Assembly (NCBI GenBank): GCA_977017645.1
Contig: OZ360225.1
Location: forward strand, 190,402,001 to 190,466,000
Direction of reading: 5' to 3'
Origin: Torpedo marmorata
Lineage: Eukaryota
Length of the DNA: 64,000 bases
In this document: in pieces, positions 37,601-51,479 of the stretch
Position numbering within the stretch: position 1 is the first letter of the stretch
How the letters are laid out: each line of letters opens with the position of its first letter
Notes under the pieces: model-generated
Databases searched by the model: none
What the model was told of the DNA's origin: nothing
The model's input: the letters and a program-made list of their open reading frames with translations, nothing else
Program-made: the position numbers and the translations under genes

Positions 37601-38198
37601 GACCACAGTCAGTGTAGATTGGTAACATCTCCTCCTCACTGACAAATAACACAGGTGCACCTCAAGGGTGCGTGCTTAGCCCACTGCTCTACACCCATGA
37701 CTGTGTGGCTAGGCACAATTCAAATTCCATCTACAAATTTGCCGATGACCCCACTGTTGTTAGCAGAATCACAGACAGAAATGAGGAAGCGTACAGGAGT
37801 GAGATAGATCAGATAGATGAGTGGAGTCACAACAAAAACCTTGCACTTAACATCAGTAAAACAAAGGAATTAATTATGGACTTCAGGAAGGGGAAGCCAG
37901 GAGAAGACAAACCAGTCCCCATCAAGGGGTTAGCAGTGGAGAGGGTAAGAAACTTCAAATTCCTGGGTGTTAACATCATGTTGATGGAATTATGAAGAAG
38001 GCACTCCAGCGGCTATATTTCGTTAGGAGTTTGAGGAGATTTGGTATGTCGCCAAAGACTCTTGCAAATTTCTACAGGTGTACCATGGAGAGCATTCTGA
38101 CTGGTTGCATCACTGTCTGGTATAGATGTGCCAATGCACAGGACAGGAATAGGCTGCAGAGGGTTGTAAACTCATCCAAGCCATCATGGGCATTACTC
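34665..38198 (+). mobile_element. Long decayed Rex1/Babar LINE (EN and RT), interrupted; resumes at about 42790-42870
   Basis: [61 protein letters not shown]. Confidence 0.85.
36393..37333 (-). mobile_element. CR1 3' fragment inside Rex1, itself containing a 3' piece (36686-36985) of the GC-rich element
   Basis: LVRPHLEYYIQF; (cacaagat)n tail; inner piece has an (aagattc)n tail and matches 55165-55470. Confidence 0.8.
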
Positions 38199-41100
38199 TG
38201 TAGCGGCTATATTTACCTGATATACACATAATCATAAGAATACACTCACTCGTTCAACAGTACAAATGGAGGCGACCACCTTTATTCCTCTCAGCCATAA
38301 CAATGAAATCTTCATTCCACCAAACACCACCCAGCCAAAACCCCCGACCTTCTCATTGGCTCTCTGCCACACGGGTGATCTCGACTCTCTCAATCTCCTC
38401 CTCCTGCGTCCGAGATCCATCACAGTGTATGAAGCCAACTGATATGACACGTGCATGCGCGCTACTACTACCACTCGTCGCCCCTGATACATCATCCGCG
38501 GTGACCAGCACCGCTCCCAACGCAGGTAAGTATACGACCACGACAGCCATGCAAGGAAGCAACTGATTAGAACTGTCCCACTACGTAATGGTCTGGAGCG
38601 CTGACAGTCCAGCCCAACCGCATACGATACTGCATGGTGAGCGATGTATGCTCCAACTGGCAGGGTGCAATTGTTCCTTCGACGTTAACAGCAACGCAGA
38701 ATACGGACCATCGATAAACACCGCCTTCAATCTGTCAATGGAGACCGTGTCAGTTTTCCCATTTCTGCGAATCACAAAACTCTTCGGGTGGCATTGTGTA
38801 ACCTCAAAAGGTCCGTCGTAAATGGGCTGAAGTGGTTTGCGAACAACGTCATGTCAAAGGAACACATGCGTACAGCGTTGTAAATCATCTGGTACATACA
38901 CTGCAGGTGATGCATGTCGCGTTGGTGTTGGTCTGAGCAACCGCATGCTTTCCTGAAGAGGGTTGACATAACTCGCTGGATCATAGAGGGCTGTACCCAG
39001 ACCTGGATTCACAAACTCGCCGGGCAGTGTCAGCATGGTGCCATTTACCATTTCTGCTGCTGAATATCCAAGATCCGCTTTTACAGCAGTACGTACGCCA
39101 AGGAGAACCATGGGCAAATGTTCACTCCACAGAGATGCATTGCCACCTGCTGTCAATGCTGCTTTCAATTGGCGGTGGAAATGCTCAACGAAGCTGTTGG
39201 CCTGCGGATGGTAAGCCGTGGTCCGAATGCGGGTGGTGCCCAAAAGATCAGTGAGAGCTCGGAACAACGCCGACTCGAACTGAGACCCTCAGTCCATTGA
39301 CGGAACCCAGCGATTAACAAAAGCCCGAGCGATGGTCTCCGCAGAGATGCAGTGACAGGAATGGCCTCCTGCCACCTGCTAGCCCGGTCCTCACATGTGA
39401 ACAGATAAGTGTATCCTCTGGATGGCAGAAGCGAACCCACCAAATCCATGTGCACGTGATGGAAACGGGAATCTGGAACAGCGAAATCTCCCAGCATGGA
39501 TTTTGTGTGACTGGAGACTTTAGAGCTTTGACACGGCAAGCAGGTTCTTGCCCATAATCCAACATCCCACTTAACGTGAGGCCAGGTAAAGCGTCCGTAA
39601 TCAGTTTGATCGATGCTCTTCTACCAGGATGAGACAGTTATGAAGAGCCTCGAAAATCCCTTGCCGCATTGCCGCTGGCACAAAAGGTCTAGGTCTCCCT
39701 GTGGAAAAGTCACAAACCAGTGATTCACCCGATTTATCCAGGCACACATCTTGTAGACGGAGATCTGTGTTGATCCGGCGATACTGGACGAGATTGGGAT
39801 CAGTGTGTTGTGCACGAGCCATGGCAGTGAAATCGATGGTAGGCGTCATATGTAAGGCCTCAATGTCGCGCATGGACAGGGCATCGGCCACGGCATTCGC
39901 CTTCCCTCAGATGTGCCGTATGTCCGAGGAAAATTGCAAGATGAAGTCCAAGTAGTAGTGTGTGCTGCCTCAATGACTACCGCCCAGTAGCACTAACTTC
40001 TACTGTGATGAAATGCTTTGAGAGGCTGGTCATGGCCAGAATTAACACATACCTAAGCAAAGATCTGTACCCACTGCAATTCGCCTATCGTCACAATCGC
40101 TCCACAGCAGATGCAATATCGCTGGCTCTCCACTCAGCTCTGGATCACCTCGAAAACAGCAATTCATACATACGGCTGCTCTTCATCGACTACAGCTCGG
40201 CCTTCAATACCATTATTCCCTCAGTGCTGGTCAAGAAGCTACAAACTCTAGGCCTCTGTACCCACCTCTGCAACTGGATCCTTGACTTTCTCATCAGAAG
40301 ACCACAGTCAGTACGAATTGGAAACAATGTCTCCTCCTCACTGATTATCAACACAGGCGCACCCCAAGGATGCGTGCTTAGTCCACTGCTCTACTCGTTA
40401 TACACCCATGACTGTGGGGCCAGGCACAATTCCAATGCCATCTACAAGTTTGCCGATGACACCACAGTTGTCGACAGAATCACAAACAGCAATGAGGAAG
40501 CGTACAGGAGGGAGATAGATCAGCTCGTTAAATGGTGTAATGACAACAACCTTGAGCTCAACGTCAGCAAAACCAAGGAGATGATTGTGGACATCAGGAG
40601 GAAGTCAGGGGAACACGACCCAGTCCTCATCGAGGGCTCAGTAGTGGAGAGGGTCAAGAACTTCAAATTCCTGGGTGTCACCATCTCCGAGGATCTGTCC
40701 TGGAGCATCCACGTTGATGCAATCACAAAGAAAGCTCGTCAGCGGCTATACTTTGTGAGGTGTCTGCGGAGATTCAGTATGTCACCGAAGACTCTCGTAA
40801 ACTTCTACAGGTGTACCGTGGAGAGCATTCTGGCTGGTTGCATGACTGCCTGGTATGGAGGCGCCAACTCCCAGGACAAGAGTAAACTCCAGAGGGTTGT
40901 TAACTCAGCCTGTGACATCACAGGCACCAAACTTCACTCCATCGAGGACATCTACATGAGGCGGTGTCTTAGAAAAGCAGCCTCTATCCTCAAAGACCCC
41001 CACCACCCAGGCCATGCCCTCTTCACTCTGCTTCCATCGGGAAAAAGGTACAGGAGCCTAAAGACGAGCACTCAACGGCACAAGGACAGCTTCTTCCCCG

Positions 41101-42787
41101 CTGCCATCAGATTCCTGAATAATCAATGAACCAAAGACACTGCCTTACTTTTCGTGCACTATTGTTTATAATTTTTTATAGTAATGTCGTAAGATGGTTA
41201 ATATGAATGTTAATTGCACTATGATGCTGCCGCAAAACACCGAATTTCGTGACTTGTTCATGACAATAAATTCTGATTCTGATTCTGATTCTGATTCTGA
41301 AGTGCCGAATTTCCCGTGGCGAGTAGAAATGCACGCTTGTATGTGCGGTATGCGTAAGAGACTGGTGGTCAGTATAAATGGGTAAAGGGCTACCTTCCAA
41401 TAAAAATCTGAAATGCTTCACTACGAGATATATGGCTAGGAGTTCTCGCCCGAATGTGCTATATTTTGCCTGAGCCGGTGACAGCTTGGCTGAAAAGGAC
41501 GACAGAGGTTCCAACTTCGCAACAACTCTTTGTTTTAACACCGCTCCTACGGCACTGACAGAGGCATCTGTGGTAAGAGAGAGCAAGGCGTTTGGCTTTT
41601 GGTGCACAAGCATCGTGGCATTCGCGAGCGCAGTTTTCACATCATTGAAGGCATGAACGGCATCATCTCCCAAACTCAATGGTCTTTTCGAAGTGGACAT
41701 ATTGGATCCTTTAAGTTGTTCGGTAAGGGGTAAGAGAGTCGCTGCTGCATTCGGCAGGAAATGGCGGTAGAAATTCATCAAATCTAAAAAACACTGTAAC
41801 TGGCCAAACGTAACTGATGTAGGAAAATCTCAAATTTTTTGCACTTTTGTTTCATCAGGCAATATACCGTGCCTGGTAACTCTATGTCCTAAAAATATAA
41901 GTTCAGCAGCACCGAAAATGCTTTTATTCGAATTGATCACAATGCCAAATTTATCAAGTTTCTGGAACAGTGATATAAGATGGTGCTTGTGTTCCTCTTC
42001 ATCCACGCTCGTTACAAGAATATCATCGATATAGATATATACAAAATCGAGGCCGCAGAGTACGTGGTCCGTAAACTGCTGGAATGTCTGAGCTGCATTC
42101 CGCAGACCGAATGGCATTCGAAGAAACTCAAACGTGCCGAAAGGAGTAATTACTGCTCTCTTGGCAACATCGGAAGGCTCCACCAGAATCTGATAGTAAG
42201 CACGCACCAGGTCTATTTTTGCAAATACACGTTTGCCGTGCAGGTTTGCTGAGAGATCCTGCAAATTGGGAATGTTGTATCGGTCAGGAATGGTGGAATT
42301 GCTGAGCGCACGATAATCACCACAAGGCCGCCAATCCCCAGGAGACTTCTTTGGAACCATATGCAATGGCGATGCCCAGCAGCTGTCAGATCTGCGAACT
42401 ATCCCCAGCTCCTGTGTGTAGCTGAATTCCGCTTTTGCGATTTTAAGATGATCCGGGGGTAATCTACGAGCCCGCGCTGCAACCAGAGGATCCCGGGTCT
42501 CTTTGTGGTGGGTTACTGCATGTTTAATGTCCCCATGGCGATACGATGGGGTTACTAGGTGAGGGAAATGCTTGAACAATGCTGGGAAAGGGCAGGAGCT
42601 AGGTTGGAGGCTCATCAGGCAGGTGACAACATTGGAGGGATGACAAATGCAGCCAACTTGCATACAAGTGCTGCGGTCCACAACACAGTGATGAACGAGT
42701 GAGTGTATTATTTTGATTATGTGTATGTCGGGTAAATTATAGCTGCTACAAGTGGTGACCCCAACGCAGGTAAGTATGCGACCGCGA
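38199..42787 (-). mobile_element. Decayed Gypsy element: 3' LTR, INT, RH, RT; gag and protease lost; 5' LTR end plus PBS inverted
   Basis: LTR 38199 to about 38519; TTAYHPQAN, DTVSIDRLK, YSTFGRELLA, WRPCGDYRAL, YIDDILV; 42694-42787 is the LTR end plus TGGTGACCCCAACG (tRNA-Trp-type PBS) on the + strand. Confidence 0.88.
39954..41299 (+). mobile_element. Young 5'-truncated Rex1 LINE with open RT frame (39960-41129)
   Basis: [35 protein letters not shown]; (gattct)n tail; aagt at both junctions; removal restores REIRH-LDFILQF. Confidence 0.93.
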
Positions 42788-42870
42788 AAAGTCTTCCCTC
42801 CATTAATGACATCTTTAAGAGGCAGTGCTTCAAGAAAGCAGCCTCTATCAAGGACTCTCACCACCCAGGC

Positions 42871-43445
42871 CTTCTCTACATCGGAGAGACTGGATGAGGA
42901 CTGGGAGATCACTTCGCTGAGCACCTTTGCTCTGTCCGCATCAGTGACAGGGATCTCCCAGTGGTTAACCATTTCAATTCTGCAGCACTCCCACACTGAC
43001 ATGAATGTCCATGGCCTCATGTACTGTCAAACCAAGACCACCCGTAAATTGGGGGAGCAACACCTAATTTTCTGGGCACTCTCCAACCGGATGGCATTAA
43101 CTTTGACTTCTCCGGTTTCTGCGAGCCTACTCCCTGTTCTCCCTCCCTTCCCATTCCCTCTGTCTTCTTTCCTCCATCTCTCTGCCCCCTTCTCTCTCCA
43201 TTCAGAGAGCCTTCCCCCTCCCCTTGTTTGCTGGTGTGCCCTCTCTCCTTTATCCACCTATAACCTCCTGCCTGTGGGACTGTGCACCTCCCTCTGTCCC
43301 TCCCCCCCCCCCCATCTCTTTGTTTGGGCAACTGCCGATATTTTTCTCATACCTTGATGAAGGGCTCAAGCCCAAAATGTTGGTTATGTACCTTTATCTT
43401 TGCTATATGAAGTACACTGTTTGACCTGCCGAGTTTCTCCAGCAT
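42871..43445 (+). mobile_element. Penelope 3' fragment with hammerhead motif at 43348-43388
   Basis: ctctacatcggagagac (LYIGET), ggagatcacttcgctgagcac, cataccttgatgaagggctcaagcccaaaatgttggttatg. Confidence 0.85.
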
Positions 43446-44282
43446 TAACTTACTAACGATGCTAACTATATTCTAATCCAATTCATTAATCTTTAATGAC
43501 AAACATCATTGATTCCTGCAGCACACCACTGGTCTCAGGCTTCCAATATGGCTAACAACCCATTACTTCCACTCTCTCGCCTCCTACCATCAGTGGATTT
43601 TGCAAACATGGACTTGTGTAAGGCATTTGACAAGGTCCCTTATGGTAGGGTGATTCAGAAGTTGCAGACACATGGGGTTCATGGCGAGCTGATTATTTGG
43701 ATATAAAATTGGCTGGCTCATAGAAGACAGGGAGTAGTGATGGAAGGCTGTTAGTCAGGCCTGTGACGAGTGTGGTACTGTTTGGATCCCTGTTGGCTTT
43801 CATTTTCATAAATGACTTGGATGAAAGAGGAGGTTCATGAGTTAATAAGTTTACAGATGATACAAAACTTGGTGGATTTGTTGTCAGTGTAGATGGTTAT
43901 CAGAAAATACAACAAGATACAGCTCAGTCACAGAAATGGGCAGAGAAATGGCAGGTGGAGTTTAATCTGGACAAGAGTGAGGTGTGGCAATTCGGGAGGC
44001 CAATATAAGGGGAATGCAAACAGTTAATGGTGGGGCTCTTAAAAGTATTGATGTGCAGAGGGATCTGGGGGCCCCAGTCCATAGCTCATTGAAAGTGCCC
44101 ACACAAGTAGATGGGATGGTAAAAAAGACATATGGTATACCTGCCTTCATACATCAGGACCTTGAATATAAGAGTAGGTAAATCATGTTGCAGCTATAAA
44201 ATACTTTAGCTTGGGCATATTTGTAATACTGTGTGCAATTCTGGTCACCCCATTACAGGAATGATGTGGAGGCTTTAATACT

Positions 44283-45055
44283 CAGAATCAGAATCAGAAT
44301 CAGAATTTATTGTCATGAATAAGTCATGAAATTCGGTGTTTTGCGGCAGCATCATAGTGCAATTAACATTCATATTAACCATCTAACAACATTACTATAA
44401 AAAAGTATAAACAATAGTGCACGAAAAGTAAGGCAGTGTCTTTGGTTCATTGATTATTCAGGAATCTGATGGCAGCGGGGAAGAAGCTGTCCTTGTGCCG
44501 TTGAGTGCTCGTCTTTAGGCTCCTGTACCTTTTTCCTGAAGGAAGCAGAGTGAAGAGGGCATGGCCTGGGTAGTGGGGGTCTTTGAGGATAGAGGCTGCT
44601 TTTTTAAGACACCGCCTCATGTAGATGTCCTCGATGGAGTGAGATTTGGTGCCTGTGATGTCACAGGCCGAGTTAACAACCTTCTGGAGTTTACTCTTGT
44701 CCTGGGAGTTGGCGCCTCCATACCAGGCAGTGATGGAACCAGCCAGAATGCTCTCCACGGTACACCTGTAGAAGTTTACGAGAGTCTTTGGTGACATACC
44801 GAATCTCCGCAGACACTTCACAAAGTATAGCCGCTGACGAGCCTTCTTTGTGATTGCATCAACGTGGAGGCTCCAGGACAGATCCTCGGAGATGTTGACA
44901 CCCAGGAATTTGAAGTTCTTGACCCTCTCTACTACTGAGCCCTCGATGAGGACTGGGTCGTGTTCCCCTGACTTCCTCCTGAAGTCCACAATCATCTCCT
45001 TGGTTTTGCTGCCGTTGAGCTCAAGGTTGTTGCCATTACACCATTCAACGAGCTG
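44283..45055 (-). mobile_element. Young Rex1 3' fragment
   Basis: Near-identical to 40520-41299; (agaatc)n tail. Confidence 0.93.
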
Positions 45056-45228
45056 AAGAGATTGACAAGAATTCTGCTTGGATTAGATTGTTTTCTCTGG
45101 CGTGTCGGAGGCTGAAGGAAGACCTGACAGAAATTTATAAAATTATGGGAGGAAAAGAAAGGGTAGAATCTTTTTTCTAAATGTAAGAGTGTCACATACC
45201 AGAAGGCATGCATTTAAAGTGAGAGGGG

Positions 45229-48200
45229 TGTGGTAAACCACTGTAAATACCTGTATATATGTTTATGGTCGTATGGACACGCCCCTTGCTGGCTGTATCT
45301 GTGGCTCCTCCCACAGACCCCTGAATAAAGGCTATTGTGCCACAGCTCCCTCCCCAGTCCAGTACAGATGACCACCAGGAATGTGCATCCATTCCAATGT
45401 GAATAAAAGCCTATCAGTTCTTGCTTAACTTCTAGCCTTTCAGAGTTATTGATGGTGCATCAATTTTATTCACATTGTTTTCGATAATGTATCAATACCT
45501 GAAACCTGAAAAGTTGGAGCTAGTCCCTCAATCACCCGAGGCATCCAACGGTTTTGAACACTGACTGCGTTGTTTCGAGGCATTCTTGAGGGCCTCTGCT
45601 ACTGTCGTTCAATCTGAGGACGACAAACTACAATTGCTACATTCCTGGTTCGGGCCCCAGGTGTACTCGATGATCAGGAACACTGAATCTTACCGGGAGG
45701 CCATGGACATGCTAAAAGGCCAGTACCTGAAGAAGGTAAATGAAGTCTAAACGACGCCATCTTCCCAACTCAGCAGCGCCGCGTGCGAACCATGGGGGCC
45801 GCCATCTTGGACGGAGCCATCTTGGACACCCAAACACCGCATCACCCCTACAGAACCCGACAGCAACTCAGTACTGGCCTCCATCACACTAGATCAAGGG
45901 AGTCCCCATCAACTGGCCAGATCGATGATGGACATTGAGGTGGATGCCACAAGACGAGCTGCCTCTTCGATAGTGGGAGCACGGAGAGTTTTATACACCC
46001 CGACATGGTGCAGCGTTACCGCCTCGCCGTAATGCCAGTAAGCCATAAAGTGTCCATGGCTTCCAAGTCCCACACAGCAGAGATACACGGTTACTGTGTA
46101 GTGACCCTGGCTGTGCTGGGCACAGAGTATGAATTTTTAAATTACTTGTCATGATACAGCTTTACGCGGAAGTGCTACTGGGGCTAGACTTCCAATGTCA
46201 CCTTAAAAGCGTGACGTTGGAGTACGATGGGCCCCATCCCCCCTTACCGTCTGTAATCCGCAGTTTGTAAACCGCCCATAGCAACTCACCCACAGAAGCT
46301 CCCCGGTTTCCCCTCCCATCGTGTCCAAACAGCGACCCACCGATTGCCCACCGTGCGCGCCTGCGGCCTTTCTACCCTCCGGATCACCCCCCCCCCACCG
46401 CTGTTCGCTAACCTTACCCCCAACTGCAAACCCATGGCCACCAAAAGTAGGCATTACAGTGCCGGGGACAGGGCCTTTATCAGGTTGGAAGTGCAGCGGC
46501 TGTTGAAGGAGGGGATTATTGAAGCCAGCATCAGCCCCTGGAGAGCCCAAGTGGTGGTGATAAAGAATGGGGAGAAGAAAAGGATGGTCATCGATTATAG
46601 TCAGACTATCAACCGTTATACGCAGCTGGACGCGTACCCCCTCCCCCGCATAGCCGACATGGTAAACCAATACCGGGTGTTCTCCACCATCGACTTAAAG
46701 TCGGCATACCACCAACTCCCCATCCGACCGGAGGACCGCCAATACACTGCCTTCGAGGCAGATGGCCGCCTATATCATTTCCTGAGGGTTCCCTTTGGTG
46801 TCACCAACGGGGTCTCGGTCTTCCAGCGGGAGATGGACCATATGGTTGACCAGCATGGGCTACAGGTCACATTCCCGTATGTGGATAATATCACCATTTG
46901 CGGCCATGACCGACAGGATCATGAAGCCAACCTCCAGAAATTCCTCCAGACCGCCAAGCTCCTCAACCTTACTTATAATAAGGATAAATGCATCTTTGGC
47001 ACAACACGCCTGGCTATCCTTGGCTGCGTCGTACAGGATGGAGTAATTGGCCCAGATCCAGACCGCATGTGCCCCCTGTTGGAACTCCCCCTTCCCCACA
47101 GCCTCAAAGCCCTGAAAACGTGCCTGGGCTTCTTTTCCTATTATGCCCAGTGGGTCCCCAATTATGCGGACAAGGCCCGCCCCCTCGTCAAATCCACCTC
47201 TTTTCCCCTGACGCCAAGGCTGCGATGCACGCTGTGGACGAATCCACCTCGTTCCAGGTGGAGAGCGATGCGTCCGCCTTCGCCCTGGCCACCACCCTCA
47301 ACCAAGCGGGCAGACCCGTAGCTTTCTTTTCCCGCACCCTCCAGGGCCCAGAAATCCGACACTCCTCTGTCGAGAAAGAGGCCCAAGCCATTGTCAAGGC
47401 GGTGCGGCACTGGAGGCACTACCTCGCCGGAAAACGATTCACCTTGTTAACTGACCAACGTTCGGTTGCGTTTATGTTCAATAACCAACAGCGAGGTAAA
47501 ATTAAGAATGACAAGATTCTGAGGTGGAGAATCGAACTTTCCACTTACAATTACGATATCTTGTAACGGCCCGGTAAATTCAATGAGCCCCCCGATGCCC
47601 TTTCCCGCGGAACATGTGCCAGCGCACAAATAGACCGCCTACAAGCCCTACACAGCGACCTCTGCCACCCCGGGGTCACCAGATTCTTCCATTTCATAAA
47701 AGCCCGCAACCTACCTTACTCCATCGAGGAGGTCAGGACCATGACCAGGAACTGGCAGATCTGTGCGGAGTGCAAACCGCACTTCTACCAACCAGACAGA
47801 GCACACCTGATAAAACCCACCCGCCACTTCGAACGCCTGAGCGTCGACTTCAAGGGACCACTTCCTTCCTCTGACCGCAACGTGTACTTCCTCAACATTA
47901 TTGATTTCCCCTGACTAGATCTACTAGACAAGGATGCCCTTTGTCACCAGCATTGTTTACTTTAGCGATAGAACCTTTGGCAGAATTAATTAGAAAAGAT
48001 GTTAAAATTGTAGGTATTAAAGTTGGAACGGAAGAACATAAAATTTGTTTATTTGCAGATGATGTATTGATATATATGACAAAACCTATTACATCTTTAG
48101 TACAATTGCCTGCTTTATTGAGAGAATATGGGGAAATATCTGGATATAAGATTAATTCTGATAAAAGTGAAATTATGGCATTAACGCAAGGGGATTATAG

Positions 48201-51153
48201 TAAATGTAAAGAAATTACACAATTGAAATGGTTAAAAGAAGGAATTAAATATTTGGGAATAAAAATTGATACAAAATTGTCTAATTTATATAAATTAAAT
48301 TATTTACCATTATTTATGAAAATTAAAAAAGGTTTAGAAAATTGGAAAGATTTACCTATAACTTTAATGGGAAGGGTAAATTGTATTAAAATGAATGTTT
48401 TTCCAAGAATTCAATATCTTTTTCAATCAATTCCTTATGAAATTCCTCAAAAATTTTTTAAAGATTTAAATTCAATTATTAGGACGTTTTTATGGAAAGG
48501 AAAGTTGGCAAGGGTAGGTATAGAAAAATTAACTTGGAATTATGAAATGGGTGGTTTACAACTTCCTAATTTTCACAATTATTATAAAGCAGCTCAATTA
48601 AAATTTGTTAATGAATTTTTTGATTTAACTAAATCTTCTGCTTGGATTAGAATAGAATTAAATAATATAGGACAAGATTCTAAAGAAGAAGTTATTTATA
48701 AGTGGGATTCTAAATTAATATCAACAAGAAGAAAAAATTCTCCTATTCTTAAACATTTGTTAGAAATAGGGAACAAGACGGATAAGGAAATAGGAGGAAA
48801 AGGATTGATTTCTCCAAAGATGCCTTTATATCAAAATGAACCTATTCCATTTACTATTAATAATCAATTATTTAAAATTTGGTTTCAAAAGGGAATTAAG
48901 AAAATAAATGACTGTTTTGAAGCTGGTAAATTTATTACTTTTCAAAGAATGAAAGATAAATTCAATATATTGGATAATACACTTTTTGCTTATTATCAAA
49001 TTAGAGCATTTTTGGTTGGGAAATTAGGTTATAGTTTGATCTTACCAAGACAGAATGAATTAGAATTATTAGTTACTAAAGGAGATGTAAATAAATTTAT
49101 TTCTCAAATGTATAGACTGTTTCAGAGAAAAATTCCTAAAATAGGAATTCATAAATCAAGATTAAAGTGGGAATTAGATTTGAATGTAACAATAGAAGAA
49201 AATCATTGGAAAGAATTATGTAAATTAAGTATGACGAAGATTATTAATGTTAGATATAGATTAGTACAATACAATTTTTTTCATCAGTTATATTTAACAC
49301 CTAAAAAATTAAAGAAATTTAATCCAACATTATCAGGTTTATGTTTTAGATGTAATAAAGAGGAAGGTTCTTTCGTACATTCTACATGTTTTTGTCCAAA
49401 AGTTTATGATTTTTGGTTGAAAGTTAAAAAATTTTTAGATAAAGTGTTAAAGATCACATTCCCAATGGATCCTATGATATTTTTGTTTGGAGATATTAAA
49501 AAAGTTAGTATTAAGATGAAATTAAATATGTATCAAATAGAATTTTTACGAATTGCTTTAGCTGTTTCTAAGAAATGCATTGCTATTACATGGAAATCTG
49601 ATGTAGATTTAGGGTTAGAAAGATGGCATGCAGAACTTCGTTCATGTATACCACTTGAAAAAATTACTTATAATTTACGTAATAAGTATCATTTATTTTT
49701 TAAAATTTGGAGCCCATATATGAAAGCTGTCGATTTAAGGATTTGAAGATCTCTGGACATCGGATCTACTGGCGAACCTGACCTCCATAATAGGATTAGT
49801 TTATAGATTTAATTTTTAGATTGACATTCTCCTTACTCTATCTTTTTCTTTCTTTTCTTTTATTTTTATTTTTATATTTTTTATTTTATTAGATTAGTAG
49901 GGATGGGAGGGTTAGGGAGGGGAGGGTGGGGGGGGGTGAAAATGTATCACAAGTATTTTGATAATTTTATATTTTACCTTATGTATTTTGTGATTTAAAA
50001 TTTTAAATAAAATATTTTAAAAAAAACATTATTGATGAGTACTCACGTTTCCCGTTCGCCATCCCCTGCCCGGACATGACCACGGCCACAGTCATCAAGG
50101 TCCTACGCAAACTTTTCACTCTGTTCGGGTACCCCTGCTATATCCATAGCGATCGGGGGTCCTCTTTTATGAGCGATGAACTGCGTCAGTATCTGCTGGC
50201 CAGAGGCATCGCCACGAGTAGGACCACCAGTTATAACCCCCGAGAGAATGGGCAGGTGGAGAGGGAGAATGCTACCATTTGGAAGGCCACCCTCCTAGCC
50301 CTAAGGTCGAGAGGTCTTCCAGTCTCCCGCTGGCAAGAGGTACTCCCCGAGGTACTCCATTCAATCAGATCACTCTTGTCCACAGCACATGAGAGAATGT
50401 TTTCCTTTCCTAGGAAGTCTGCTTCAGGGACCATGTTACTGTCCTGGCTGATATCCCCAGGGCCGGTCCTACTCCGGAGGCATGCGAGGAGCCATAAGCA
50501 TGACCAACTGGTCGAAAGGGTCAATCTCCTCCACGCCAACCCCCAATACGCCTACGTGACGTAGCCTGATGGGCGGGAGGACACGGTGTCTGTTCGGGAC
50601 TTGGCGTCCTCAGGAGTCCCTGACACCACTGACGACTGCCCTGCCCCCTCCCCATCTACCGCCACCCAAAATGCACCGTTACCATGGCAAGTGACCCCTG
50701 CTCCGGGGGATGGCTTGCCAGATCCTTCGCCGCCACGCATCCACCAAGATAGGGCCAACAACAACACACAGGTGGCACAATCAGGACTGGATGCAACAGC
50801 TGCGCCGCAGACGGTTCTACGACAGTCGCAGCGGCAGACCAGACCACCTGAAAGACTGAATCTGTAAGAACTTTAATTCACTTCAACCCGCAGGACTCTT
50901 TTTAAAAAGGAGGAGTGAATGTGGTAAACCACTGTAAATACCTGTATATATGTTTATGGTCGTCTGGACACTCCCCTTACTGGCTGTACCTGTGGCTCCT
51001 CCCACAGACCCCTGAATAAAGGCTATTGTGCCACAGCTCCCTCCCCAGTCCAGCACAGACGACCACCAGGAATGTGCATCCATTCCAATGTGAATAACAG
51101 CCTATCAGTTCTTGCTTAACTTCTAGTCTTTCGGAGTTATTGATGGTGCATTG
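45229..51153 (+). mobile_element. Gypsy element with 234-bp LTRs, partly deleted gag, decayed pol and a nested L1
   Basis: LTRs 45229-45462 and 50920-51153; gggg TSD; PPT 50904-50919; CLFDSGSTESF protease; DLKSAYHQ, YVDNI; SSVEKEAQA; IHSDRGSSF, NGQVER. Confidence 0.93.
47906..50024 (+). mobile_element. 5'-truncated L1-clade LINE (RT to 3'UTR) in the Gypsy integrase
   Basis: Open 601-aa frame with FADDVL and CFRC...H...CP; A-tail; 12-bp TSD aacattattgat (47894-47905, 50025-50036); same family as 12416-16539. Confidence 0.95.
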
Positions 51154-51479
51154 GGGGGGAATGTTCAAATAAGATGTGTGGGGAGTGGTGGGTGCCTGGA
51201 ACAGGCTACCAAGGGAGTGGTGGAAGCAGATATGAAAGCAGCATGAAACAGGCTACTAAAGGTAAAGGTAAAGGTTCCATTATTGTCACGTAGATAGGCA
51301 CGTGAATATCCAGGGAATGGAGGGATGGGTATAGATCACGCGCTCAGTTCAGGCGTCTTGTTCAAAAGGTCTATTCCTGCATTGCACAGTTCTACATTAC
51401 ATGTTCTATGTACTCCACTTTCTAAAAACCCACTTGATTAATTAACGTGCTTCAGGGAAGAAAATCAGTCAATCTTTTT

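Larger units (their letters stand above)
43590..51410 (+). mobile_element. Old CR1 LINE split by Rex1 (44283-45055) and Gypsy (45229-51153) insertions
   Basis: DLCKAFDKVPY, QRDLGAPVH; fragments at 43590-44275, 45056-45228 and 51158-51410 are collinear with the CR1 RT and 3'UTR. Confidence 0.7.

Noticed and set aside
41830-43020. 396-aa ORF with a novel N-terminus on a Gypsy RT
   Set aside because: The N-terminal part is chance read-through of antisense Penelope, Rex1 and inverted LTR sequence
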